A stretch of 64,000 nucleotides of DNA, taken from NCBI GenBank assembly GCA_963663735.2, contig CAXXHN010000002.1, positions 522,880 to 586,879 on the forward strand. The letters run 5' to 3'. Both the position numbers and the translations under genes were made by a program. This document shows, in pieces, positions 1 through 9,960 of the stretch. The DNA is from Acidobacteriota bacterium. Lineage in GTDB: Bacteria > Acidobacteriota > UBA6911 > RPQK01 > JAPXNP01. A model generated the notes under the pieces. The model did not search any database and was not told where the DNA came from. It saw only the letters and a list, made by a program, of their open reading frames with translations. The first letter of the stretch is position 1. Each line of letters opens with the position of its first letter.

Positions 1-1
1 G

Positions 2-3000
2 GCTGTCAAAAAAGTTAATGCCGGGAAGAAAAAATCCGTTGACGAAGAAGGCACTGCTGCAAACGCAACCGGCTTTCCTGTAGTTGGCATCGGGGCTTCA
101 GCGGGTGGTCTGGCGGCGTTTGAGGCCTTCTTTTCCGGTATGCCGGCGGATACCGATCCCGGTATGGCCTTTGTCCTGGTGCAGCACCTGGCTCCGGACC
201 ATAAGAGCATTCTCACTGAACTGATCCAGCGTTACACCAGCATGAAGGTTTTCGAGGTTGAAGATGGAATGAAGGTCCAGCCCAACTGCGCCTACATCAT
301 TCCGCCGAACCGGGATATGGCTTTTTTAAACGGCACTCTCCAGTTGATAGAACCTTCAGCCCCGCGGGGACTGCGGCTGCCTATCGATTTTTTCTTCCGG
401 TCTCTGGCCCAGGATCAACATGAGAAGGCAATTTGCATAGTACTTTCGGGAACCGGCAGCGACGGAACCCTGGGTGTGCGGGCCATCAAAGCGGAGGGAG
501 GAATGGTCATGGTCCAGAATCCTGCCTCAACCGAATATGATGGTATGCCGCGCAGTGTTATCTCGACCGGGCTGGTGGATTACGAGCTGCCTCCTGCTGA
601 GATGGCTTCCCAGCTCATCACCTATGTTGGACATGCCTTCAGCACACCCCGCCGTCCGACCACTGCCCTGAATGCTCCTGAGACAGCGGTTATAAACACT
701 CTCAATAAGATTTTCATTCTGCTCCGCGTCCAGACTGGTCACGACTTTTCCCAGTATAAGCTTAGTACCATCAGTCGCCGCATTGAACGACGCATGGCTG
801 TACAGCAGATTGAAACGATTGAGAGTTATTTCAAGTATTCGCAACGGAACCTGTTGGAGGTCGACGCGCTATTTCGCGACCTGTTGATCGGCGTTACGGG
901 TTTTTTCCGTGATCCTGAGGCCTTCCAGGCGCTTGAGCAGCAGGGACTCCCGAAAATTTTTGAAGGAAAATCAGCTGGTGCCCAGGTTCGTGCCTGGTCA
1001 CCGGGATGTTCCACCGGCGAAGAGGCTTATTCCCTGGCTATTCTACTGGCTGAAAACCAGGAGGTGATGAAGCGGGACCTCAGGCTGCAGGTTTTTGCCA
1101 CTGACATTGACCGACAGGCGATTGAGACGGCTCGTGCCGGGTTATATCCGGCCGGCATCACCACTGACATCTCTTCGGATCGGCTGACGCGCTTTTTTTC
1201 TGCCGAGCCCTGCGGCGGCGCCTTTCGTATTCATAAAAGTATCCGCGACATGCTGGTCTTTTCCGAACAGGACGTGGTCAAAGATCCTCCGTTTTCCAGG
1301 CTCGACCTTATCAGTTGCCGTAACCTCCTGATCTATATGGGAAACGACCTGCAAAAGAAGCTCATTCCCCTGTTCCATTATGCGCTTAATCCGGGAGGTA
1401 TCCTGTTTTTAGGAACTTCTGAAACCGTGGGCGAGTTTACCGACCTGTTTAGCGTTATCGACCGTAAACAGAAGCTGTATCAGCGTAAAGAAGATTTTCA
1501 CGGTAGCCAGCGCGTGACTCTGGGACGGTTTATCCCGCCCGTGACTGTGAAGGGGGAGGCTGTTTTGCATAAATTACGAAAACCCGAATTGCCGGCAAAA
1601 ATACAACTGCGGGAGCTAACCGAGCAGATGCTGCTGCTGAATGTTAATCTGTCCGGTGCGCTTGTCAACAGTCGCGGTGATATTCTTTACCTGCACGGGC
1701 GCACGGGGATATACCTGGAACCTCCCCCGGGAGAGACTACAATCAACAACATCCTGAAGATGGCCCGCGAAGGTTTGCGTCGAGAACTGACGGTTGCCCT
1801 GCGCGAGGCCGTGACAGGCAATAAAATTGCCATTCGCCCAGACCTGCGAGTGGAAATCAATGGCGGTTTCAGCACCATGAACCTGACTGTCCGTCCGGTG
1901 GAAGAAGAGCAGGGCGAAAAGCTTTCCGAACCGCTGTACCTGGTTTCCTTCGAGGAAGTGCATCGCTCCAGCTCCAGGGAGCAGACTATCACAGCCTTGG
2001 ATGGCGGCAAAGGAGCATCTGACCATGACCAGATGATTCAGGCCCTTAAGAAAGAATTGCAGGCCAAGGAAGAGTACCTTCAAAGCACCAATGAAGAACT
2101 GGAGACCATCAACGAAGAGCTGAAATCCTCGAATGAGGAAATGCAGTCTGTCAACGAGGAACTGCAGTCTACCAACGAAGAATTGGAGACCTCCCAGGAG
2201 GAACTGCAATCGGTTAACGAGGAGCTGGCCACGGTCAACTCTGAATTACAAACCAAGGTGGCGGATTTGTCCAGGGTCAACAGCGACATGAATAACCTGC
2301 TGGCAGGCACCGGTATTGCCACAGTTTTTGTGGATCACAGCCTTCGCATCCTGCGTTTCACCCCCTCAGCCACCCGGCTCATCAACCTGATCATCAGCGA
2401 TGTAGGGAGGCCCGTCGGCCACATTGTTTCTAACCTGGTCGGTTATGAACAGCTGGTGGAAGATGTTCAGACAGTTCTGGACACCCTGTGCATCCTGGAG
2501 ATTGAAGTAAAGGCAAAAAACGGGGCCTGGTACACCATGCGTATCCAGCCCTACCGTACGCTCGACAACGTGATAGAGGGAGCGGTAATCACGTTTATTG
2601 ACATCACCGAAGCAAAGCATATACAGGATGAATTGAGATTGGATGAGGAACGGATTCGGATTGCTCTCCAGGCTACTCCAACTGTGATCGCCAACCAGAA
2701 CAGGGAATTGCAGTATACCTGGGTCTCAAATTCTAATTTTTATTTTTCAATGAAGCAGGTAATCGGAAAAACCGATGGCGACTTTCTCCCGGCTGAGGAG
2801 GCCGCCGCGATAATGACAATCAAGCGCCAGGTACTGGAAAGCGGGAAAGGGACCAAGCAGGAGATTCATGTCACTATCGACGGTAAACCCCATCGGTTAC
2901 GTTTGAATGTTGAACCTTTGTATGACGTTGGGGGCGCCATAATCGGGATAACCTGTGCCATGACCAATCCGGAAAATTTCCAACCTGAAGACCGGACTGA

Positions 3001-3031
3001 TACCGGAGAGGAAGAGTCCTCGAAAAAATGA
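2..3031 (+). CDS. CheB methylesterase / CheR methyltransferase fusion protein with coiled coil and C-terminal PAS domains; the 5' end may lie at or beyond the window edge
   Basis: Track ORF 140..3031. The same frame stays open back to nt 2 and reads ...FPVVGIGASAGGLAAFEAFFSGM, the usual beginning of the CheB-type domain in CheB/CheR fusions. CheR-type SAM-binding region present (VRAWSPGCSTGEEAYSLA, CRNLLIYM). NEEL heptad coiled coil at nt 2081..2250, then a PAS-like C-terminal part. Confidence 0.85.
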   Translation, partial: AVKKVNAGKKKSVDEEGTAANATGFPVVGIGASAGGLAAFEAFFSGMPADTDPGMAFVLVQHLAPDHKSILTELIQRYTSMKVFEVEDGMKVQPNCAYIIPPNRDMAFLNGTLQLIEPSAPRGLRLPIDFFFRSLAQDQHEKAICIVLSGTGSDGTLGVRAIKAEGGMVMVQNPASTEYDGMPRSVISTGLVDYELPPAEMASQLITYVGHAFSTPRRPTTALNAPETAVINTLNKIFILLRVQTGHDFSQYKLSTISRRIERRMAVQQIETIESYFKYSQRNLLEVDALFRDLLIGVTGFFRDPEAFQALEQQGLPKIFEGKSAGAQVRAWSPGCSTGEEAYSLAILLAENQEVMKRDLRLQVFATDIDRQAIETARAGLYPAGITTDISSDRLTRFFSAEPCGGAFRIHKSIRDMLVFSEQDVVKDPPFSRLDLISCRNLLIYMGNDLQKKLIPLFHYALNPGGILFLGTSETVGEFTDLFSVIDRKQKLYQRKEDFHGSQRVTLGRFIPPVTVKGEAVLHKLRKPELPAKIQLRELTEQMLLLNVNLSGALVNSRGDILYLHGRTGIYLEPPPGETTINNILKMAREGLRRELTVALREAVTGNKIAIRPDLRVEINGGFSTMNLTVRPVEEEQGEKLSEPLYLVSFEEVHRSSSREQTITALDGGKGASDHDQMIQALKKELQAKEEYLQSTNEELETINEELKSSNEEMQSVNEELQSTNEELETSQEELQSVNEELATVNSELQTKVADLSRVNSDMNNLLAGTGIATVFVDHSLRILRFTPSATRLINLIISDVGRPVGHIVSNLVGYEQLVEDVQTVLDTLCILEIEVKAKNGAWYTMRIQPYRTLDNVIEGAVITFIDITEAKHIQDELRLDEERIRIALQATPTVIANQNRELQYTWVSNSNFYFSMKQVIGKTDGDFLPAEEAAAIMTIKRQVLESGKGTKQEIHVTIDGKPHRLRLNVEPLYDVGGAIIGITCAMTNPENFQPEDRTDTGEEESSKK

Positions 3032-3046
3032 TAGAGGAGGCCCGCA

Positions 3047-4804
3047 ATGACTGACAAGGATGTTCAACAAGACCATAATGAGACCGTGAAAGACGCCAGG
3101 AATTTGCGCAGGCGCGCGGAAGATTTTGCCTTGGCGAAGCCGACAGAGTCAGCTGGATATCCCGAAGTTCTGTCACCAGAAGAGGTGAGGCTGACCCTCC
3201 ATGATCTCCGGGTACACCAGATCGAGCTCGAGATGCAGAACGAGGAACTGCGGTTGACGCAGGTAGCACTTGACAAAGCCCGGGAACGCTATTTCGACCT
3301 CTACGACCTGGCGCCGGTATTCTATTGTACTATTTCCGAAAGAGGATTTTTCCTGGAGGTCAACCTTACTGCCTCAAAACTTCTTGGTATGACCAGAGAA
3401 ACACTAATCAGGCAACCTCTCACTCGATTTATCCTCAAAGAGGACCAGGATGTTTTATACCTGCATTGCCAACAACTCTTTAAAACCGGTGAGCACCAGG
3501 CATGCGATCTGAGGATGGTTACAGCACACGGAGACGTATTTTGGGCTCATCTGGAGCTTACTGAATCCAGCGACACGGATGATAAGTCCGCCTACCGTAT
3601 TGCAGGGAGCGATATTTCAGAGCTCAAAAAGGCCGAAGCGGAGAGGGAAAAGCAGCAGGAGAGGCTGAACCAGGCCCGTAAATTGGAATCTGTGGGAAGG
3701 CTGGCGGGGGGTGTAGCCCATGATTTTAACAACATGCTTAGTGTTATCCTCGGGCAGGCAGAGATGCTTCTGAAACCCGTGGCTCCTGACCACCCTCTCC
3801 ATGCCAGTATCCTGGATATCCAGAGAGCTGCCGAACGCTCCGCTACTCTAACCAGGCAGCTGCTGGCCTTTGCTTCCCTGCAGATGATTGAACCCAAGGT
3901 ATTGGACTTGAATGAGGTCATTGAAAGCATGCTTAATTTGCTCAAGCAGTTAATCGGCGAGGAAATCGACCTGGAATGGAAGCCAGGTGGAAAGCTGCCG
4001 CAGGTTGAGATGGACCACTCCCAGCTTGATCAAATGCTGGCCAACCTGTTGATCAATGCGGGTGATGCCATCAATGGAATCGGCAAGGTCACAATAGAGA
4101 CGGGAACTGCCTTCTTGGATGAATCCCATTGCGCGGATCACCCGGATTGTGTGCCTGGCGAATATGTACGGCTGACCATCAGCGACAACGGCTGCGGCAT
4201 GGACGAGGAAACTCTAAGTAACCTTTTTGAACCGTTTTATTCAACCAAAGGAACAGGTCCCAGTACCGGCCTTGGCCTGTCCACGGTCTTCGGCATCGTC
4301 AGGCAGAACAATGGCTTTATCGACGTGAACAGCAAACAGGGTGAGGGAACAACTTTCTGCATATACCTGCCCCGGTATGAGGGAAAAACTGGACAGGAAC
4401 GCGAGAAAGGATCTGCGAAACCGGTTCTCAAAGGCCATGGAGTTATCCTGATGGTGGAGGATGAACCTGCCATTCTGAACATGGTCAAAAAAATGCTCGA
4501 AAACCTGGGTTACACGGTGTTGACAGCAAGCTCTTCTGGCGAGGCTGTCAATATCGCCAGGAATTTCCCCCAAAAGATTAACCTGTTGATGACGGATGTT
4601 TTGATGCCCGAGATGAATGGTCAGGAGCTGGCGAAAAGCATCCGCTCTTTCTATCCGCAAATGAAGATCCTTTTTATGTCTGGGTATACGATCGACATCA
4701 TCGCTTGCCAGGAAGAAGGGTTGAATGGTGATGTCCATTTCATTCAGAAACCTTTTTCCTTAAAAGAATTGTCCGTCAAGGTACGTGAGGCTCTGGCCAA
4801 GTAA
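3047..4804 (+). CDS. PAS-domain hybrid sensor histidine kinase with C-terminal receiver domain
   Basis: GAGGAGG ribosome-binding site just upstream, 15 nt after the previous stop. PAS region, H-box [16 protein letters not shown], HATPase motifs (DNGCGMD, GLGLSTV), receiver (VEDEP...[13 protein letters not shown]...K). Confidence 0.9.
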   Translation: [585 protein letters not shown]

Positions 4805-5166
4805 ATTTGCGTCATGGACTAAATCTTTGGCGTTTAGATAGTAGACTGCCCCAGGACCCATCGCGATTATGGTACACACCATGCCCATATCTTCCGCTTG
4901 GATAGCAATTCCCTGTTTTTTGCGTCTTGAAATTAGTGAACCTCCAGTTACATTTATTGAGAGAATGAATCTGCATTTCTCACCAGTTTGCCTAGCGAGG
5001 TGGATGTATTCGTTGCCGGAGTACTCAGTTACTGAGAAATGCGGGGGAACCTGCGGCAAAAGGCTCCTGGAGGAATGTTATTATTGGTATCCGTCCCTGC
5101 CGTTAGACTGATTTTTTATACACTGAGAGGCAGGAAAGGATCGTTTCGGCTGGTGGGACTGCAAAA

Positions 5167-6077
5167 GTGAACCAGAAAGGCACGCGAAGGGAGGACACTT
5201 CAGAGGGCGGCAACCGCCGCCTGGCCTAGCTGGCACTGGGAGCCCTCGCTGTGGTTTTCGGTGATATCGCCACTAGTCCGATATATGCCATCAGGGAGTG
5301 TTTTCATGGTGAATATGGTATCGAGGTCAGCCCTTCCAACGTGATGGGGATTCTGTCCCTGATGTTCTGGTCGCTTGTAATGATAGTCTGCATGAAATAC
5401 CTGGTATTCGTTTTTCGGGCCTGTAATCCTGCTTTGGATCGGTTTTCTGGCTGTTACCGGGGCAGTGCAAGTGTTCAAGGCTCCGCAGGTGCTGGCTGCT
5501 GTTTTCCCGTGGCACGCAATCCGGTTTCTGTTTTCCAACAGGTTGCAGGGGCTTGTAGTGCTGGGCGCCGTTTTCCTGGTGGTTACCGGAACTGAGGCAC
5601 TTTATGCGGATATGGGGCATTTCTGGAAAAAACCCATTCGCTTGACCTGGTTTGCCCTGGTCTTTCCCTCCCTGGTAGTGAATTATTTTGGGCAGGGAGC
5701 CCTGCTGATGAACAGGCCGGAAGTAGCTGGGCATCCGTTTTGCGCCATGGTTCCTTCCTGGGCCATGGTTCCTACTGTACTGCTGACCACCCTGGCGACC
5801 ATCATTGCTTCCCAGGCTGTCATCAGTGGCGCCTTTTCCTTGACCAGCCAGGCAATCCGGCTGGGATACCTGCCGCGTTTGAACATCAGGCATACCTCCA
5901 CAACTCAGATTGGTCAGATTGATGTGGCCCCGGTCAACTGGATGCTCCTGGTTTGCACGATCGCGCTGGCGTGCCAGCCTTTTTATCTTTATGTCCCAAG
6001 ATGCTGCAGACGCCACTTCCTTCTTCCGCCTGCCTGCAGACCAGGTGATTGAAGTAGGTGTAAGGCTGGAAATCTGA
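5167..6077 (+). pseudogene. kup: Remnant of a KUP-family potassium uptake gene: three collinear fragments in three frames, an in-frame TAG, and two large internal deletions
   Basis: Frame 1 reads ...[27 protein letters not shown]...MKYLVFVFR, the Kup N-terminus, with TAG at 5227..5229. Frame 2 from ~5417 reads GPVILLWIGF...VTGTEALYADMGHFWKKPIRLTWF...IASQAVISGAFSLTSQAIRLGYLPRLNIRHTS...VNWMLL, the Kup core. Frame 0 from ~5976 reads LFIFMSQDAADATSFFRLPADQVIEVGVRLEI*, the Kup C-terminal tail. About 300 of the ~620 expected codons remain. The 5' limit is approximate. Confidence 0.8.
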
Positions 6078-6089
6078 ATCTCAGGGAAT

Positions 6090-9000
6090 TCAATTATCCA
6101 GCACTCCCCTTATACTGATAGCGAGTTCTCTGATTGAGAATGGTTTCTGGATGAAGTGCACTCCTTCTTCAAGAATGCCGTGATGAGCGATTACGTTGGC
6201 TGTATAACCTGACATGAATAGAGTTTTGAGGTTCGGGAAAAGGGATTGCAGCTTTTCGGAAAGAACGCGGCCGTTCATTTGGGGCATTACCAGGTCAGTC
6301 AGCAGCAGATCAATCCTGCCCGGGTGTTCGCCCGACAGCTGGAGTGCCTCTTCCGGAGAATTTGCCGCCAGTACCTGGTAGCCAAGTTTTGCCAGCATGG
6401 TTTGAGCCACCTTCATAATCGCAAGCTCGTCTTCCACAAGGAGTATGACTTCATTTTGTCCGGTCGGGACTTCTTCTTCAATTCTTTTTACAGCAGTTTC
6501 GATTTCACCCACATGACGGCGCAGGTATATCTTAAAAGTCGTTCCCTGTCCCGGTTCGCTGTACACGTAGATGAATCCCCCGTTCTGCTTGACTATTCCA
6601 TAGATAGTGGCAAGTCCCAGGCCGGTGCCATGCTGGGCTTCCTTGGTTGTGAAGAATGGTTCAAAAATGCTGTTGATGGTATTTTTGTCCATGCCGCAGC
6701 CATTATCACTGACAGTCAGGGACACATATTCTCCGGGAGTAAAACCTGGATGATTGTCGCAGTAGGCCTGGTCATGGGTTGCTTTTCCTGTTTCGATTGT
6801 GACCTTGCCCACTCCATCAATAGCGTCCCGGGCGTTGATGCAGAGGTTGGCAAGAATCTGGTTAATCTGGGAGGGGTCCATCTTGACCGGCCATAAATCG
6901 CTGCCAGGCAGCCAGGTCAAATCGATATTTTCACCGATGAGCTGGCGCAGCATTTTCAGCATGTCTTCTATGGTAGCGTTCAGGCTGAGAGCCCTGGGAT
7001 TGATTGTCTGGCGGCGGGAAAAGGCCAGCAACTGCCTGGTTATATCCGCGGAACGCGTGGCAGCCTTATGGATTTCAGCCAGGTAGGTATGTAGGGGATT
7101 ATCCGGAGCAGTTTTATCCATGGCCAGTTCAGAGTAGCCGATGATGACACTTAGCATATTGTTGTAATCGTGGGCGACTCCCCCGGCCAGCCTTCCAACG
7201 GAGTCCATTTTCTGGGACTGGACTAGTTGGGTATGGAGGCGTAAATACTCGGTCATATTGGTAAAAACCCCATGCGCTTCCAGGAATTTTCCTTCCGCGT
7301 CGTAACTGATCCTTCCCTCAAAGGATACGGTGATGGAGCTACCATCCTTGCACTTCATTTCATATTCAATGCCATGGATTTCGCCCTGTTCTTTGAAAAC
7401 AATAAAATTTTTCCTGAACAATTCCGGTCCCTGGCCGACAAGGAAGTCTCCGAACCACTTGCCCAGTACTTCCTGGTATTCATACCCAAGGGCCTTAAGC
7501 CAGGCGTTGTTGACCTGCAGGATATGTCCCGCAGCGTCCAGTGATTGGTAGGGGCCGGGTGATTGTTCGTACAGCATGCGGAAGCGCTGCTCACTATCCC
7601 GCAAAGCGTCTTCGCCTCGTCTGCGTTCGGTGATGTCACGGGCGGTGGACAACGCACCGGTTATTGCGCCTGATCCATCCTTCAGTCCCCGGCACCACCA
7701 GGCAAGAAGGCGTTTCTGGCCATCCTTTCGCAGCTGCCAGCTCTCAGTATAGAATACGTTTTCGTCTCCCTTAAACATGGGATTTGTAATGTCGTATATG
7801 TTCTGTTCTCCGACGAAGTATTCAGAAACCTCTTTCCCGACTACGTCATCTCCGAAGAAAGCAAGCCCGGCTGGGTTTGCCCAGGTATATATCCTGTTAA
7901 AATCTACCTCCATTATGATTTCGGGGACTGAGCTGAGAATGGCCTCGTAGCGCTGCGAGATCGAGGTTAATGATGCTGTCCGGGAAGCGACCTGTTTTCG
8001 CAGGGCCCAGTTCCAGAGTAAAAATCCAAGGAGTGCCAGAAGCAGGGGGATGGCGATGATTGCCATATGTTTAAAAACTGCTGTCAGGCCGGGCGGGTCT
8101 TCTTGGTATAGCCCCAGCCATTTTTTATGAATACGTCGGTACTCGCCGGTTTCCTCAAGGATCTTCAGTCCTTCGTTGAACTGGGATATTAGCGATTTAT
8201 TGTGATCTGAAACCGCATAACAAATTTCAGAGGTGAGCAGGTGCGATTTTCCGATAACCAGGTTGTCCCAGTTATTCTTTTTTATCCAGTACAGGGCGGT
8301 AATCCTGGATACCAGGGCGCAATCATGCCTTCCCTCAGCCAGTTCCTTCAGGGCGTTGGCCTGGGAATCGGCAAGCTCCGCTGATCCTTCCATGCCGTTT
8401 TTCAACAGGAAGTCGTACATGATGTCGCCCTGTTCCACAACAATCCGTTTGCCGGCCAGTTCGTCCAGGTTTCCTGGCGGGGGGCCTTCTCCCCGGCGGA
8501 CGATGCTTACGCAGTAGTTCACGGTGTGGGGCTGGGAGAAATCCAGTTGCAGGTCACGTTCCTTGGAGTAGGTCATGCCTTGAAGCAGATCGATTTCACC
8601 ATCTTCGAGAGCTTTCCTTACTTCATCCCAGGGGCCGAGGCGAAATTCCACATCAAGACCAGTCGCGTTGGCGATGGCACGGGTCAGGTCCACATTGTGG
8701 CCGGCGGGGCGGCCGGCATCATCCAGGTATTCGTAGGGGGGGTAGTTGGAGGCCCCGCCGACGATTATGGGACGGGTGGCCGGCAGGTCAATGGCTGCAA
8801 ACCATTTGGTGTGCAGGCGCCTGTAGGTGCCGTCCGCCATAACCAGAGAGAGGCCTTCGTTGAGAAGAGCGAGGGTGTCACTGTCTCCGTCCTTGACAGC
8901 AAAACAGAAATCCTGCTGGAATTCCGGAATGGATCTGCTGATGACCTTCAGGTTGGTCAGCCCTGTTTCCTGGATCAGGCGGAGTGCCACCAGGTGCTGG

Positions 9001-9611
9001 ATGATTACAGCGTCGTACTGTCCCGTTGACAGTTCACGGAGGGCTGTTTCAAAGGTATCGGTTGTATGTATTTCAATTCCACGTTCTTCCCGCAGCAGAA
9101 ACTCCTCGGCATTGTCACCTTTCATAACTGCTGCCCGTTTTCCCCTCAGGTCACTGAGGGTGCTGATATCAGTTGTCTCCTTTCGGACCACTATGACGCC
9201 ATGTTGCGACATGTAGGGAACAGTAAAGTCATAGATGGGATCTCTTTCTGGTGTGTGACCTACCAGGGGCAGTGCCTGAACTTCACCTCTTTCCAGCCAG
9301 CCGCGGGCTTCATTCCAGGTACCGGTGCGGAAGGTAACATCCCGTCCCATCACTTCCAGCGCGGCGCGCATCAGTTCAACTGAAAATCCATCGGCCCTGC
9401 CTTGATTGTTAACAACGCAAAAAGGAGGATAATCAATTTCGGAGGCTGATGAGAGGGGCTGCAGGATGGTTGGACCCTGTTCACCGGCATAAACAGATGA
9501 CGATATTAAAAAAAATCCGGACAGCAGCCAGGCGAGCGCGGAGAGAAATCTAAGATAAGGCTTGGAACTGAATATTCCACTGCCGTACTGATTGTCAGGG
9601 ACGATACTCAT
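6090..9611 (-). CDS. BvgS-like hybrid sensor histidine kinase: two periplasmic solute-binding (Venus-flytrap) domains, TM helix, two PAS domains, HisKA, HATPase, receiver
   Basis: 1173-aa ORF with an N-terminal signal/TM segment. Two family-3 solute-binding-like repeats (DYPPFCVV..., NYPPYEYL...). TM helix [21 protein letters not shown]. PAS regions, H-box [23 protein letters not shown] / [11 protein letters not shown], receiver LLVEDE...[13 protein letters not shown]. Confidence 0.9.
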   Translation of the reverse strand: [1173 protein letters not shown]

Positions 9612-9777
9612 TGATAATTCCTTCGATCAGGAAAGCATTTGCAGGAAATATGCCCTCATGGCTAACTTCCTGCAATTTTGCTCAAGGGTTTTTGATGCCT
9701 CACACTGAGTTAAGCGGAATCAGAATGCAGTATTTATGCCTGATACGAAATTGTCAAGATGCTTTATGGGTTTAGCT

Positions 9778-9802
9778 GGTAAAAATTACCGTGATTTTTA
9801 CC
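9778..9802. promoter_or_regulatory. Inverted repeat GGTAAAAAT-N7-ATTTTTACC (contains GGTA-N5-TACC) in the divergent intergenic region upstream of the flavodiiron gene
   Basis: Read directly: GGTAAAAATTACCGTGATTTTTACC. A similar GGTA...TACC architecture occurs upstream of the Rrf2-hcp operon (20028..20049). Confidence 0.35.
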
Positions 9803-9960
9803 TTATACTTCTAAGATCTGGACTCTTTCTCTATACTAATCGCTGTCAATCCGGAGAAGCGCGGAACATCATGCTGTTATTTGAAACGTTCCGGAAACCC
9901 GGATAGTATAGAATTTTTAACGAATTTGAAACGCATCAAGCAAGAGACAAAGGTGAGGCA

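Noticed and set aside
1616-2209. Long antisense ORFs inside well-supported genes: 1616..2209(-), 6246..6896(+), 17142..17870(+), 25656..26612(+), 42474..43157(-), 46558..47514(+), 45190..45792(-), 5327..6016(-)
   Set aside because: Each lies wholly within, and antisense to, a gene with clear family motifs. Their translations are low-complexity or Arg/Pro/Gly-rich. They are typical shadow ORFs.
2081-2250. Tandem ~21-nt periodic DNA repeats that could be mistaken for a repeat array
   Set aside because: They lie in frame inside the CheB/CheR fusion ORF and encode the NEEL heptad coiled coil (QSTNEELETINEELKSSNEEMQSVNEELQSTNEELETSQEELQSVNEEL). This is not a CRISPR array or a non-coding repeat. 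No CRISPR-like array was seen anywhere in the window.
4760-5059. 99-codon minus-strand ORF and the overlapping 80-codon plus-strand ORF (4869..5111) in the spacer between the kinase and the kup remnant
   Set aside because: The minus ORF overlaps the 3' end of the kinase gene, has no convincing ribosome-binding site and matches no family I recognise. The plus ORF has implausible composition. Either could be more debris from the decayed locus, but neither is supportable as a gene.
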